This document shows, piece after piece, positions 10,205 through 19,726 of a stretch of DNA of 64,000 nucleotides. Origin of the DNA: Candidatus Poribacteria bacterium. Lineage in GTDB: Bacteria > Poribacteria > WGA-4E > WGA-3G. The position numbers and the translations under genes are program-made. The stretch spans positions 160,001-224,000 of the forward strand of contig OZ244048.1 of NCBI GenBank assembly GCA_965215265.1, given 5' to 3'. The number at the start of each line of letters is the position of its first letter. The first letter of the stretch is position 1. The notes under the pieces are model-generated. The model searched no databases. It was given only the letters and a program-made list of their open reading frames with translations, and was not told the DNA's origin.

Positions 10205-11332
10205 ATGAAAATCAACATCAAAAATAGCATTGGATTCATTGTGGTGGTGCTGCTCGTCAGTGCAGCTGGACATGGCGGGGCAAACCCGATTCAACCGATT
10301 GCTGACGAATCCATGTACCAGGAATTAAATCAACAAGTGCTTGTGAGTATTGACAAAGGATTGGAATGGCTAAAAGGTCAGCAGTCAGAAGATGGGTTCT
10401 TCGCAGAACACCCCGGAATAACTGCACTCGCAATCACGGCTTTTTTGCGGCATCCAGAAAAAAAATATTCGGAAGCATCACATCCATTTATCCAGAAGTC
10501 ACTGAAGCGCTTGATTGCGATGCAGCAACCAAACGGTGGGATCTATGATGTAGAGCGGCAGCCCGCGCTACCGAATTATACCACTGCTATCTCCGTCATG
10601 GCACTTAGCTCAACGGGAAATCCAGAATATGCAGAGGTTATTACGAAAGCGCAAGCCTTCCTCAAGAGTCTGCAAATCACAGACGAGGAGAGCGTCTATT
10701 ATGGCGGTATTGGTTACGGCAGTCGTGAAACCGTGAATGATTTGTCCAACCTAAACCTTGCAATTCAGGCACTCAAAGAGAGCGGTTCTGATGACGAGGA
10801 AGTTTGGAATAAGGCGATTAAATTTCTAGAACGCACTCAGAACCGGAGCGAAAGTAACGATCAGGCCTGGGCAGGCAACGATGGGGGATTTATCTATAGT
10901 CCAGATGGCGAAAGTAAAGCCGGCACAGATGGAGCCGGCAGCCCGCGTAGTTATGCTAGCATGACGTATGCCGGTTTGCTGAGTTTTATCTATGCAAATG
11001 TTGATAAAAACGACGAGCGGGTCCAAGCCGCAGTCAAATGGATTCAGCGGCATTTCACTGTGGAAGAAAATTACGGCATGGGGGCGCAAGGGCTCTATTA
11101 CAACTATCATACCATGGCAAAGGCATTGCAACTCTATGGAAAACCTACGCTCGTAGACGCTAAGGGTGTGACACACGATTGGTACCGAGAATTGGCAGGA
11201 AAACTGATAGAGACGCAGAAACCTGATGGTTTCTGGATAAACAAAGAGAGCCGCTGGATGGAACAAATCCCTGAATTGGTAACCAGTTACGCGGTTCTGG
11301 CTCTTGACACTGCCTATCCACAATCAAAATAG
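10205..11332 (+). CDS. Secreted prenyltransferase/squalene-oxidase-repeat (alpha/alpha-barrel) protein
   Basis: Signal peptide and QW-like repeats ('WLKGQQSEDG', 'LIAMQQPNGG', 'LIETQKPDGFW'), plus 'SYASMTYAGL'. Start at the ATG after AGGAGA. Confidence 0.8.
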   Translation: MKINIKNSIGFIVVVLLVSAAGHGGANPIQPIADESMYQELNQQVLVSIDKGLEWLKGQQSEDGFFAEHPGITALAITAFLRHPEKKYSEASHPFIQKSLKRLIAMQQPNGGIYDVERQPALPNYTTAISVMALSSTGNPEYAEVITKAQAFLKSLQITDEESVYYGGIGYGSRETVNDLSNLNLAIQALKESGSDDEEVWNKAIKFLERTQNRSESNDQAWAGNDGGFIYSPDGESKAGTDGAGSPRSYASMTYAGLLSFIYANVDKNDERVQAAVKWIQRHFTVEENYGMGAQGLYYNYHTMAKALQLYGKPTLVDAKGVTHDWYRELAGKLIETQKPDGFWINKESRWMEQIPELVTSYAVLALDTAYPQSK

Positions 11333-11391
11333 GTGGGTTTAGAGCACCTTTCTAATCTGTATTCTCAAGCTCTATTCTTTTCTGATTTTGG

Positions 11392-11467
11392 GCGAATCTT
11401 TCGTATCCCGCGGAGATAGCATAGCTGTTTTCGAGGGGTACGAAAGATTCGCTTTTTTATTTTTTTC
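11392..11467 (+). terminator. Long hairpin, Rho-independent terminator
   Basis: GCGAATCTTTCGTA...TACGAAAGATTCGC is a perfect 14-bp inverted repeat, extendable inward with G-U pairs, followed by TTTTTTATTTTTTT. Confidence 0.75.
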
Positions 11468-11471
11468 TAAA

Positions 11472-11499
11472 TAAACCTATTTTCCCTAAAGACGTTAAA
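11472..11499 (+). promoter_or_regulatory. Putative ECF-sigma promoter (AAAC-N16-CGTTAAA)
   Basis: TAAACCTATTT...CGTTAAA upstream of permease 1. A near-identical element lies upstream of permease 2. Confidence 0.5.
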
Positions 11500-11581
11500 C
11501 AGACATATATAAAAAATATAAAAGTCTGGCATGAGAATGCTGGCATATTTGGATAAAGAATAAACAAACTAAGGAGAAAAG

Positions 11582-12883
11582 ATGCGTTTCATTGAGGGCA
11601 TATCTGTTGGAATTGCCGCAATTCGCAGTAACAAAATGCGTTCGTTGCTAACGATGTTAGGTATCGTCATCGGTGTGGCTGCAGTCTTGGCTATGATAGC
11701 GATCGGTGATGGTGCCAAGATTATCGTACTGCAAGACGCTGAAAAACTTGGTGGTGCGAACCAGTTCGTTATATACAACTCTCGTTACAAATGGACAGGA
11801 ACCCGGTGGGTACGTAGCCGGAGCAATGAGTACCTGGAGTATGAAGATGTGCTGGCGATTGAAGCCTCATGTCCATCTGTTAAAGCAGTCACCCCTAGAA
11901 TTCCTGATTGGAAGGGCGTTTTAATTCAAGCAGACGGAGGTGCTGAGACCCGTGCCGGCTATAACGGTGTTGATGCTACCTTTACAAAAGCAATGGGATG
12001 GGACATTCAGGAAGGGCGGTTTATTTCAGATGAAGACGTTCAAAATGCAACGAAAGTCTGTGTGCTGGGTGCAGAAACTGCAGTCGCATTATTCCGTGAT
12101 GAATCGCCCTTAGGCAAAGAGGTCAAAATTGCAAGAGGTGGTTCCCGGTATGACCGGTGGGGACGAAGGGACAAAAAGCGAAGCACGGAACGTTTTACTG
12201 TTGTTGGAACGTTAGTCCAACGCGGCCGAAGCCTAAGATTCGGTTGGAGTTTTGACAATCTTATCTTTATGCCTCTGACGACTACCCAAGCTCGTTTTAC
12301 CGGCAACGACCGGGTGCAAGATATTGTCGTGCACGCGCATACAGTAGAGAAGGTCCCGAAAGCGATCGAAGAGGTAGAAGCGGTGCTCCGCAAACAACAT
12401 AGGAATGAAGACGGCTTCTACAAAATCTTTGATATGCGTGCTGGTATTGCGCAGTTGGAGAAAATCAGCAAAGTCATCAAAATTGCGTTAGGCAGCATCG
12501 CCGGTTTCTCACTGCTTGTTGGGGGCATCGGTATCATGAATATGATGTTAGTTGCCGTAACAGAACGGACGCGGGAAATTGGGCTGCGGAAGGCTCTCGG
12601 AGCAAAGAGTTTGGATATTCTGGTGCAGTTTTTAATGGAAGCAGTTGTGATGTGTTGCGTCGGTGGCATCTTAGGTGCAGGAATCGGTATCTTTGCCGGC
12701 GAAGGGATGGCGCACCTTGCGGTTAACATTGTTAAGATCGTTCCGGAGTGGCCTGCAGTTGTTTCCAAAGAGTGGATCCTGGTTTCAGTCTCTTTTTCAG
12801 CAGCAATCGGTATCTCGTTCGGGTTATATCCGGCGCTAAAAGCGATGCAGTTGGCTCCGATTGAAGCCTTACGTGCTGATTAA
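11582..12883 (+). CDS. MacB/FtsX-family ABC transporter permease (paralog 1)
   Basis: 'NKMRSLLTMLGIVIGVAAV', 'LLVGGIGIMNMMLVAVTERTREIGLRKALGA', 'FGLYPA...PIEALR'. No ATPase domain. Confidence 0.93.
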   Translation: MRFIEGISVGIAAIRSNKMRSLLTMLGIVIGVAAVLAMIAIGDGAKIIVLQDAEKLGGANQFVIYNSRYKWTGTRWVRSRSNEYLEYEDVLAIEASCPSVKAVTPRIPDWKGVLIQADGGAETRAGYNGVDATFTKAMGWDIQEGRFISDEDVQNATKVCVLGAETAVALFRDESPLGKEVKIARGGSRYDRWGRRDKKRSTERFTVVGTLVQRGRSLRFGWSFDNLIFMPLTTTQARFTGNDRVQDIVVHAHTVEKVPKAIEEVEAVLRKQHRNEDGFYKIFDMRAGIAQLEKISKVIKIALGSIAGFSLLVGGIGIMNMMLVAVTERTREIGLRKALGAKSLDILVQFLMEAVVMCCVGGILGAGIGIFAGEGMAHLAVNIVKIVPEWPAVVSKEWILVSVSFSAAIGISFGLYPALKAMQLAPIEALRAD

Positions 12884-13115
12884 AACCCGCGATTTTCTGT
12901 CAACATTTCCGGTTTAATGAATTAATTGCCTTGCTGTACGTATTGTACCGTACTGATGCAGCAAGAGAATCACGATTGCAAAGTAGCTCTCCAGGTTCTG
13001 AAAAGAATTTGGGGTTATCGTTATCTGCAACTCTCCGGATGGGTTGCAAGGTCTATACTGAATCGTAACAAGCACTCCTCATAAATCTTGATTCAAACCG
13101 GTGATTTTAAAATTA

Positions 13116-13143
13116 TAAACCTATTTCACCAGTTCACGTCAAA
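13116..13143 (+). promoter_or_regulatory. Putative ECF-sigma promoter (AAAC-N16-CGTCAAA)
   Basis: TAAACCTATTT...CGTCAAA, with the same spacing as the element at 11472. Confidence 0.5.
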
Positions 13144-13349
13144 GAGATAAGTGGATTTCTACAGCGTGTTTTGCTAACCTATCAAAGCAGAAACATTTTG
13201 CAATTTTCGTACGAACTTTTTTTACCCCTTCGTTGTCTTAATTAAATATAGATATATCCTCATGGTTCAAAATAGGATTGCTTTAGAGCAGAGCTTACGA
13301 GTGTATATTGAAAAATATATAAGTAATAGACAGGTAGGGAGGAAACGAT

Positions 13350-14654
13350 ATGCGTATCTTTGAAGGGGTATCTGTTGGAATTACTGCGATTCGCAGTAAC
13401 AAAATGCGTTCTCTATTGACAATGCTTGGGATTATCATCGGGGTTGCCTCGGTGCTTGCGATGATAGCCATCGGGGATGGTGCCAAAGTTATTGTGCTTC
13501 AGGATGCACAAAAGTTGGGTGGTGTGAACCAGTTTACGATGTATCGCAGCAGCCATAAGCGCGTTGGGAACCGCTGGGTCCCGAATCGGAGTAACGAGTA
13601 CTTTGACTATGACGATGTTCTGGCAATAGAGGCTGAATGTCCTTCGGTTAAAGTTGTTGTGCCGCGCATCCCTGAATGGCGAGGTGTGCTTGTTCAAGCC
13701 ATCGGTGGCGCAGAAACGCGAACCGGCTATAACGGTGTGAATGCGACTTTTGCAGAGGCAATGGATTGGGGTATTCAAATGGGCCGGTTTATTTCAGACG
13801 AAGATATTGAAAATCAAGCGAAAGTCTGTGTATTGGGGAGCGAAGTCGTTACGGCTCTCTTCGGTCTGCAGGACCCCCTCGGCAAAGAAGTTAAAATTGG
13901 TAAAGGCAGTGGGGGTCGTTTTGACCGGTACGGCCGGCGAGATCAGAAGCGAATAACTGAGCGCTTTACTGTTGTTGGCACGATGGAAACTCGTGGGCGA
14001 AGTCTACGGTTCGGTTGGAATTTAGATGACATGATATTTATTCCGATCACGACTACACAAGAACGTTTCACGGGTAACGATAGGATTGTAATGCTTTCTG
14101 TGCACGCGAATACTGTGGATGATGTCCCGAAGGCGATTGAAGAGGTGAAAACTGTCCTCAGGAAACGACACAAAAATCAAGACGATTTCTTCAGTATATG
14201 GGATATGCGTGAAGGTATGGCACAGTTGGATAAGATTAGTAAAGTCATCAAAATCGCGTTAGGCAGCATTGCTGGTTTCTCGTTGCTTGTAGGGGGTATC
14301 GGCATCATGAATATGATGTTAGTCGCTGTCAGTGAGCGAACACGCGAGATTGGGTTGCGAAAGGCATTAGGTGCTAAGAAATTAGATATTCTGGTTCAGT
14401 TTCTCATGGAAGCAGTTGTGCTGTGCAGTGTGGGTGGTGTGCTCGGTGTAGCGTTAGGTATTTTTGCTGGGGAAGGGATGGCGCATCTTGCGGTTAACAT
14501 CGTCAAGATTGTGCCAGAATGGCCGTCGGTGATTTCCAAACAGTGGATCCTCATTGCAGTATCGTTTTCTGCAACAATTGGGATCTCTTTTGGGCTGTAT
14601 CCTGCGGTAAAAGCGTCAATGCTCATGCCCATTGAGGCATTGCGAACCGAATAA
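13350..14654 (+). CDS. MacB/FtsX-family ABC transporter permease (paralog 2)
   Basis: Same motifs as paralog 1 and closely similar to it along its whole length. Confidence 0.93.
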   Translation: MRIFEGVSVGITAIRSNKMRSLLTMLGIIIGVASVLAMIAIGDGAKVIVLQDAQKLGGVNQFTMYRSSHKRVGNRWVPNRSNEYFDYDDVLAIEAECPSVKVVVPRIPEWRGVLVQAIGGAETRTGYNGVNATFAEAMDWGIQMGRFISDEDIENQAKVCVLGSEVVTALFGLQDPLGKEVKIGKGSGGRFDRYGRRDQKRITERFTVVGTMETRGRSLRFGWNLDDMIFIPITTTQERFTGNDRIVMLSVHANTVDDVPKAIEEVKTVLRKRHKNQDDFFSIWDMREGMAQLDKISKVIKIALGSIAGFSLLVGGIGIMNMMLVAVSERTREIGLRKALGAKKLDILVQFLMEAVVLCSVGGVLGVALGIFAGEGMAHLAVNIVKIVPEWPSVISKQWILIAVSFSATIGISFGLYPAVKASMLMPIEALRTE

Positions 14655-14753
14655 AAAGCGGATTGAATAAGATGTTTTTGATGAACTTAAAAGTCCGAAC
14701 TTCCAGTTAAAAGTACATATCTGAAGTACAGGTACGAAAAAGGGGACATTTAA

Positions 14754-16070
14754 ATGAACTTGATAGAGTGTATTATATTGGGCATCGCGAGTTTGCGGAG
14801 GAATCCGCTGCGTTCTTCTCTAACTATTTTGGGGATTATTGTCGGCGTTGGTTCTGTCGTGAGTATGGTATCGGTTGGCGATGGGTCAACCGCCATGGTG
14901 CTCCGCGAGATTGAGCGGACAGGCGGTACGAAAATCGTTGAAATTTATCGCGACGATTGGGACAAACAGTCTGGAACTTTGAGTCGTGCAGCTGGGGACG
15001 TGGTAAGGGGGCGTAGCCGCTGGAAAAGGAACCGTGCGGAACATTTAGAGACAGAGGACGCGTTTGCGCTTCTTGAAAGCGTCCGCGGCATTGTTAATGT
15101 TGTAGCTGAAGATGATATGCCAGGGTGGAGTGTTAGCTATGCTGGACGGACTAAGGAGTCACGCATTGTTGCTTCAACTGCAGGATATGACCGGTCGCAC
15201 AATTGGTATCCGGCGGAAGGCCGGTTTTTCACAGAGGAAGAGGTAGAGGCGGCTAGTACCGTTGCCGTAATCGGGTCTAAAATTAAGGAAGAGGTTTTCC
15301 TTGACGAAGATCCTGTTGGCAAAGAAATTAAAGCCTCGCGTCAATCCTATCGGCGCGGAAGAAGTGGCCTTTATGAGGTTCGCTTGACGGTGATTGGCGT
15401 GATGGAAGAGAAAGGTGACGCGATGGACACCTCAGGTTGGGATGATCGCTTCATTATTCCGATAACGACGCTCCAAGAACGTTTTAAAGGACGTGACGAT
15501 ATTGAACGTCTTCGGGTCGAGGCTGTAGACGTTGACACGATTCCGCTCGCGATAGCAGATTCAAAGCGAGTATTAGGGAGGCAGCATAACAACACAGGTG
15601 AGGAATATCAGTATTGGACAGCGACCGAGGAACTTGCGACAGCACGGAAGGTAGGGCTTGTGATGAAAGCCTTGATGGGCGGTATTGCTGGAATTGCCCT
15701 AATCGTTGCTGGCATAGGTGTTATGAACATTATGCTTGTCTCTGTCACCGACAGGACAAGGGAGATTGGGCTCCGAAAGGCATTAGGTGCGACGCGCAAC
15801 GATATTTTAGCGCAGTTTCTAATAGAGGCCTCGGTCCTCACTGTCTCCGGAGGTATCCTTGGTTCAATTTTAGGTATCTTTATGGGACGCGGGACTGCCT
15901 CGTTGATTTCCAAGTTTGTTTGGGAAGGAAGCAACTGGCCCTCGGTAGTTTCTCCCATAACTATGCTAATTGCACTGCTCGTTTCTGTGTCTATTGGTAT
16001 TTTCTTCGGGTTGTACCCAGCTAACAAGGCTGCGAAACTCGCACCGGTAGATGCACTACGTTCAGAGTAA
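14754..16070 (+). CDS. MacB/FtsX-family ABC transporter permease (paralog 3, more divergent)
   Basis: 'NPLRSSLTILGIIVGV', 'IGVMNIMLVSVTDRTREIGLRKALGA', 'FGLYPANKAAKLAPVDALR'. Confidence 0.92.
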   Translation: MNLIECIILGIASLRRNPLRSSLTILGIIVGVGSVVSMVSVGDGSTAMVLREIERTGGTKIVEIYRDDWDKQSGTLSRAAGDVVRGRSRWKRNRAEHLETEDAFALLESVRGIVNVVAEDDMPGWSVSYAGRTKESRIVASTAGYDRSHNWYPAEGRFFTEEEVEAASTVAVIGSKIKEEVFLDEDPVGKEIKASRQSYRRGRSGLYEVRLTVIGVMEEKGDAMDTSGWDDRFIIPITTLQERFKGRDDIERLRVEAVDVDTIPLAIADSKRVLGRQHNNTGEEYQYWTATEELATARKVGLVMKALMGGIAGIALIVAGIGVMNIMLVSVTDRTREIGLRKALGATRNDILAQFLIEASVLTVSGGILGSILGIFMGRGTASLISKFVWEGSNWPSVVSPITMLIALLVSVSIGIFFGLYPANKAAKLAPVDALRSE

Positions 16071-16079
16071 ACACTTAAA

Positions 16080-16108
16080 GGAAGGTGCAACATTAACCGG
16101 CACCTTCC
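16080..16108 (+). other. Intra-operon stem-loop before the adaptor RBS
   Basis: GGAAGGTGC-N11-GCACCTTCC, a perfect 9-bp inverted repeat. Confidence 0.5.
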
Positions 16109-16133
16109 AAAATTTTGTAGGAGGCAATGAGCC

Positions 16134-18014
16134 GTGAAAAAAGTTATTGTTAGCGTTGCTGTTATTTTAGTTTTCGTGGTAGCAATTGGCTGGGTCGTGC
16201 TCGGCAGAGGGAAAAATGGTGAAAATCCTGCACTACAGCAGAAAATTGAAGTAGTAGCACGCGGCAACTTCCAAATGCGCATCAGTGCAACAGGTAATTT
16301 AGAACCGTTAATCGACGTAGAAGTCAAATCCAACGTTGAAGGTGAAGTGGTTAAGCTTTACGTTAACGATGGCGATTACGTTGAAAAAGACCAGGTTTTG
16401 GTAGAACTTGACCCGGAACTCTATGAAGAGGAAAAGAAGCAGGCAGAAGCAGATGTGGCTGCAGCGAAAGCCCAATTGAAACAGGCGGAATTAAATATAG
16501 ACCTAAAAAAAGAACGGCTTGAAAGTGAATTGGCGCAATCGGAAGCAGCCGTGAAAATGGCGCAAGCAAATCTTGAGACAACGAAAGCCACAACCACAAC
16601 GCAAATCAGTCAAGCTGTGACTGACATTCAGACAACTAAAAACGCGCTGACTCAAGATCAGATTGCATTAGAGCAAGCTCGAATTGCACATGAACAAGCA
16701 CAACTGACTCTTAGTGAATTGAAAACTTCGCTTCAGTCAGCGGACGTTTCGTTGAACACGGCAAAGTCCGAGTTGGAACGTAACAAGGCACTTTTTGAAA
16801 AGGGGCTCGTCTCAAAGAAGGCCCTGGAAGACGCAGAGACGCAGCATTCTAACGCACTCACACAATATGAAAATGCCAAAAAACGGGTAGAATCCCAAGA
16901 GAAGAGTGTCGAGTCTCAAAATCGAACTATTACCGTGCGGGAAACCGCTATTGAATCACGCCAAGTCGTCTTGGATCAGCAGCAGATAAACTTGGAAAAC
17001 CTCACAAAAATGCGGGAAAAATCTGAGGAAGAGGTGAAATTACAGTTGGACAATGCAGAAACCCGGCTGCAGGAACTGAAACTAACTATCGACAATGAGA
17101 AATTGTTGACAACGCAATCTAAAGTTAGTGCTAATGCCAATTTGCTTCGCCGCCAAAGTACCTTGAAAAATCAGGATGAACGTTTGACCTGGACGACTAT
17201 TAAGGCACCGATGTCCGGAACCGTGACACTTCTTGAAATAGAAGAAGGCGAAATTGTGACTTCTGGACGTTCTGCTTTCTCACAAAGTCCGCCTATCATG
17301 ACAATTGCCGACCTTTCTAAAATGGTTGTCAAAACCTATATTAACGAGGTGGATATGGAGCGGCTCGAGTTAAACCAGCCGGCGGAAATTAAAGTGGATG
17401 CTTACGCAGACAAAATCTATAGCGGCACGGTCTCTGAAATTTCACCTAGTGGACAAGAGCAAGATAATATTATTTCTTTTGAAGTGATGATACAAGTAGA
17501 TGATTCATCCGGCGCACTACGTCCGGGGATGAGTACCGACGTAGATATCATTACCTATGAAGAAAAGAATGTCTTGTTAGTCCCGATTGATGCACTGATA
17601 AAAGAGGCATCAGCAACGCTCACTGCACAGGTTGATAATACATCGCACTATAAGGTAAAGCAACCGATTGAAGTGCAGACAATTAGTGAGAAAATTTTTA
17701 GAGGAAATGTGACAAACGTCGGTGCCGGCGACATCACTATTAGCCTTGATAGTTCACAACGTGGGATTCGTCCGGGTCCAACGACGATTTCGCTCCTCGT
17801 CAAAGGCGAAAAGAAGGCTGATGGTGTTCGCGCGAATATTGTCCTCTCGAAAGGCAAGTCTGTTATGCTAGAGGGAGGCAGCGGCAAGAGTACAGCCATC
17901 GAAACTGGGATGCAGAACGAGACGCACGTGATTGTCAAAAGTGGGCTCACTGAAGGCGCTCGGGTTGTTCTACAACAGCGGAAATCTCCTCAGCAGGGTG
18001 GCTGGGGGAAATAA
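16134..18014 (+). CDS. MacA-like periplasmic adaptor (membrane fusion protein) with extended coiled coil
   Basis: N-terminal TM, lipoyl-like halves 'VEVKSNVEGEVVKLYVNDGDYV' and 'TIKAPMSGTV', and 'LRPGMS', 'GLTEGARVV'. Very long helical insert. Confidence 0.88.
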   Translation: MKKVIVSVAVILVFVVAIGWVVLGRGKNGENPALQQKIEVVARGNFQMRISATGNLEPLIDVEVKSNVEGEVVKLYVNDGDYVEKDQVLVELDPELYEEEKKQAEADVAAAKAQLKQAELNIDLKKERLESELAQSEAAVKMAQANLETTKATTTTQISQAVTDIQTTKNALTQDQIALEQARIAHEQAQLTLSELKTSLQSADVSLNTAKSELERNKALFEKGLVSKKALEDAETQHSNALTQYENAKKRVESQEKSVESQNRTITVRETAIESRQVVLDQQQINLENLTKMREKSEEEVKLQLDNAETRLQELKLTIDNEKLLTTQSKVSANANLLRRQSTLKNQDERLTWTTIKAPMSGTVTLLEIEEGEIVTSGRSAFSQSPPIMTIADLSKMVVKTYINEVDMERLELNQPAEIKVDAYADKIYSGTVSEISPSGQEQDNIISFEVMIQVDDSSGALRPGMSTDVDIITYEEKNVLLVPIDALIKEASATLTAQVDNTSHYKVKQPIEVQTISEKIFRGNVTNVGAGDITISLDSSQRGIRPGPTTISLLVKGEKKADGVRANIVLSKGKSVMLEGGSGKSTAIETGMQNETHVIVKSGLTEGARVVLQQRKSPQQGGWGK

Positions 18015-18055
18015 GTAACAGTATTTAGGGAAACACTCTCAATAAGTTAACACCG

Positions 18056-18082
18056 TTAGGCGCGCTTCTTCGGCGCGCCTAA
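18056..18082. terminator. GC-rich hairpin between convergent genes
   Basis: TTAGGCGCGC-TTCTTCG-GCGCGCCTAA, a perfect 10-bp stem. Confidence 0.6.
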
Positions 18083-18092
18083 TGAATTTAGA

Positions 18093-18887
18093 TCACAGTT
18101 GAATGATTTGTCCATCGTAAGCGAGGTTAGCACTGTCTGGAAGTTCAATGTCTTGTTCTTCACACTGCTCCCTGAAATACCGATGATCAAGGCGATGCAT
18201 GATATGCGTAAAATAGGTAGATTTTGGCTGTAGTGCCCTGCTGATTTCCAATGCTTGTCCTACTGACAGATGGGTGGGGTGCCGTGGATTGAAACTTAAT
18301 GCATCAATTACGAGAATATCGATTCCGTTTAGCAGTGCCTGTGAGGCTTGTGGCAAGTACTTGACATCTGGTAGATATCCGAAGTCGTCGATGCGGTACC
18401 CGTAAGTTTGCATATTGCCATGTTCTACCGGAATTGGCGTGATGTCAAAACCGAGTAATGTAAATCTTTCCTCAATGACATGTGGGAGGAGATGCCCGAC
18501 ACCACCGCCCTGGAACGTCTCTTTAGTAAACATATAGTCAAAGTTGCGTTGTAAGGTGCGAATTGTCTGGGCTGGTCCATAGATAGGCATGTCCATCTGT
18601 TGTTTTCGGCACGGCATAACGATGTCGTTGGTGCCGCTGACATGGTCTGCGTGGCTATGGGTGAAGATAACCGCATCAATCCACTCAATCTGATTGCGAT
18701 TAATCTGATCCATGAAGTTAGGCCCAAGGTCGAATTGGAGGTGTTTCCCATCCTTCTCAATATGGATGGACGAGCGGGTCCGGTAATTTTTGGAGCTAAA
18801 CTGTGTGGCATCTTGACATGTATCACAGTCGCATTTATACTCTGGGACACCGGTTGAGGTGCCTGAACCCAAAATTGTAATCTTCAT
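18093..18887 (-). CDS. MBL-fold metallo-hydrolase, PhnP/YycJ-like
   Basis: 'LGSGTSTGVP..CDCDTC' and the metallo-beta-lactamase motif 'THSHADH'. Confidence 0.9.
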   Translation of the reverse strand: MKITILGSGTSTGVPEYKCDCDTCQDATQFSSKNYRTRSSIHIEKDGKHLQFDLGPNFMDQINRNQIEWIDAVIFTHSHADHVSGTNDIVMPCRKQQMDMPIYGPAQTIRTLQRNFDYMFTKETFQGGGVGHLLPHVIEERFTLLGFDITPIPVEHGNMQTYGYRIDDFGYLPDVKYLPQASQALLNGIDILVIDALSFNPRHPTHLSVGQALEISRALQPKSTYFTHIMHRLDHRYFREQCEEQDIELPDSANLAYDGQIIQL

Positions 18888-18946
18888 CTATAGAAAATTC
18901 CTTTCATTTTCTAAGGCTATCCTCAGATCCGCCTGAGAAAAAACCT

Positions 18947-19726
18947 ATGGAAAGATTGACTCTGCAAGAGTGCCTTGTGTTAGCTGACCATCTCGGGGAT
19001 ACACCGACGACGGTTATATCTGTGGCCCGACTCCAGCAAGGGTTCTGCCGCGCTTACGCTGCGTACCTCGGTGGTTCCTCTTATGGAAAAGCAGGTGAAA
19101 GTCGCCGGACCGCCGTGCTTGTCTTTGATGAATTTTGTCCGGATGAACCTGCAGGATTCGGCACGGATGCTGAGGCAATATGGCATCTGCTCAAATCTCA
19201 GAAAGGGTGGAGTTGTATCAACGTTAGCACCACGTGTGCAGAACCCCTTGGAATACTTATGGCGGCTGAATCCGGCATGTCCGTACGTTACTACGGTGAT
19301 GTCTATTATACCCTTTTGACACCTATTATCTCTCAGCCCAATGAAGTGGTTAGACTTTTGACAGTGGCGGACGTAGAACGTTTAGCAAAGGCTCCTTCGG
19401 AAGTGCAGGGAAACGGTTACACAACGTTTCATGAGATGGTAACAGCAGGCATTGCTGCTGGAGCTATCGTTGCCGGGGAACTTGTCGCCCTTGCTCATGT
19501 ATATGCCGAAACGCGACTGCATGTTGACATCGGCGTGTCAACTTTAGCAGAATGGCGCGAGAAAGGCTTTGCCACAGCCGCGGCAGCCCTTGTCGCGAAA
19601 CGGGTGCAAGAGCAAGGGAAAGTTCCAGTTTGGAGTTGCGGTGAGGATAACGCAGCATCCCGGCGCGTTGCCGAAAAACTGGGTTTTACGGAAGTTGCCC
19701 GCCGGATGTACGTCATCCCCTCCTAA
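18947..19726 (+). CDS. GNAT family N-acetyltransferase
   Basis: C-terminal GNAT motifs 'IGVSTLAEWREKGFA' and 'NAASRRVAEKLGF'. Confidence 0.85.
   Translation: MERLTLQECLVLADHLGDTPTTVISVARLQQGFCRAYAAYLGGSSYGKAGESRRTAVLVFDEFCPDEPAGFGTDAEAIWHLLKSQKGWSCINVSTTCAEPLGILMAAESGMSVRYYGDVYYTLLTPIISQPNEVVRLLTVADVERLAKAPSEVQGNGYTTFHEMVTAGIAAGAIVAGELVALAHVYAETRLHVDIGVSTLAEWREKGFATAAAALVAKRVQEQGKVPVWSCGEDNAASRRVAEKLGFTEVARRMYVIPS

Noticed and set aside
15608-16333. 241-aa antisense ORF over permease 3 and the adaptor start
   Set aside because: Shadow ORF on the reverse strand of well-supported genes, with no recognisable motifs. The same applies to most short ORFs in the track.
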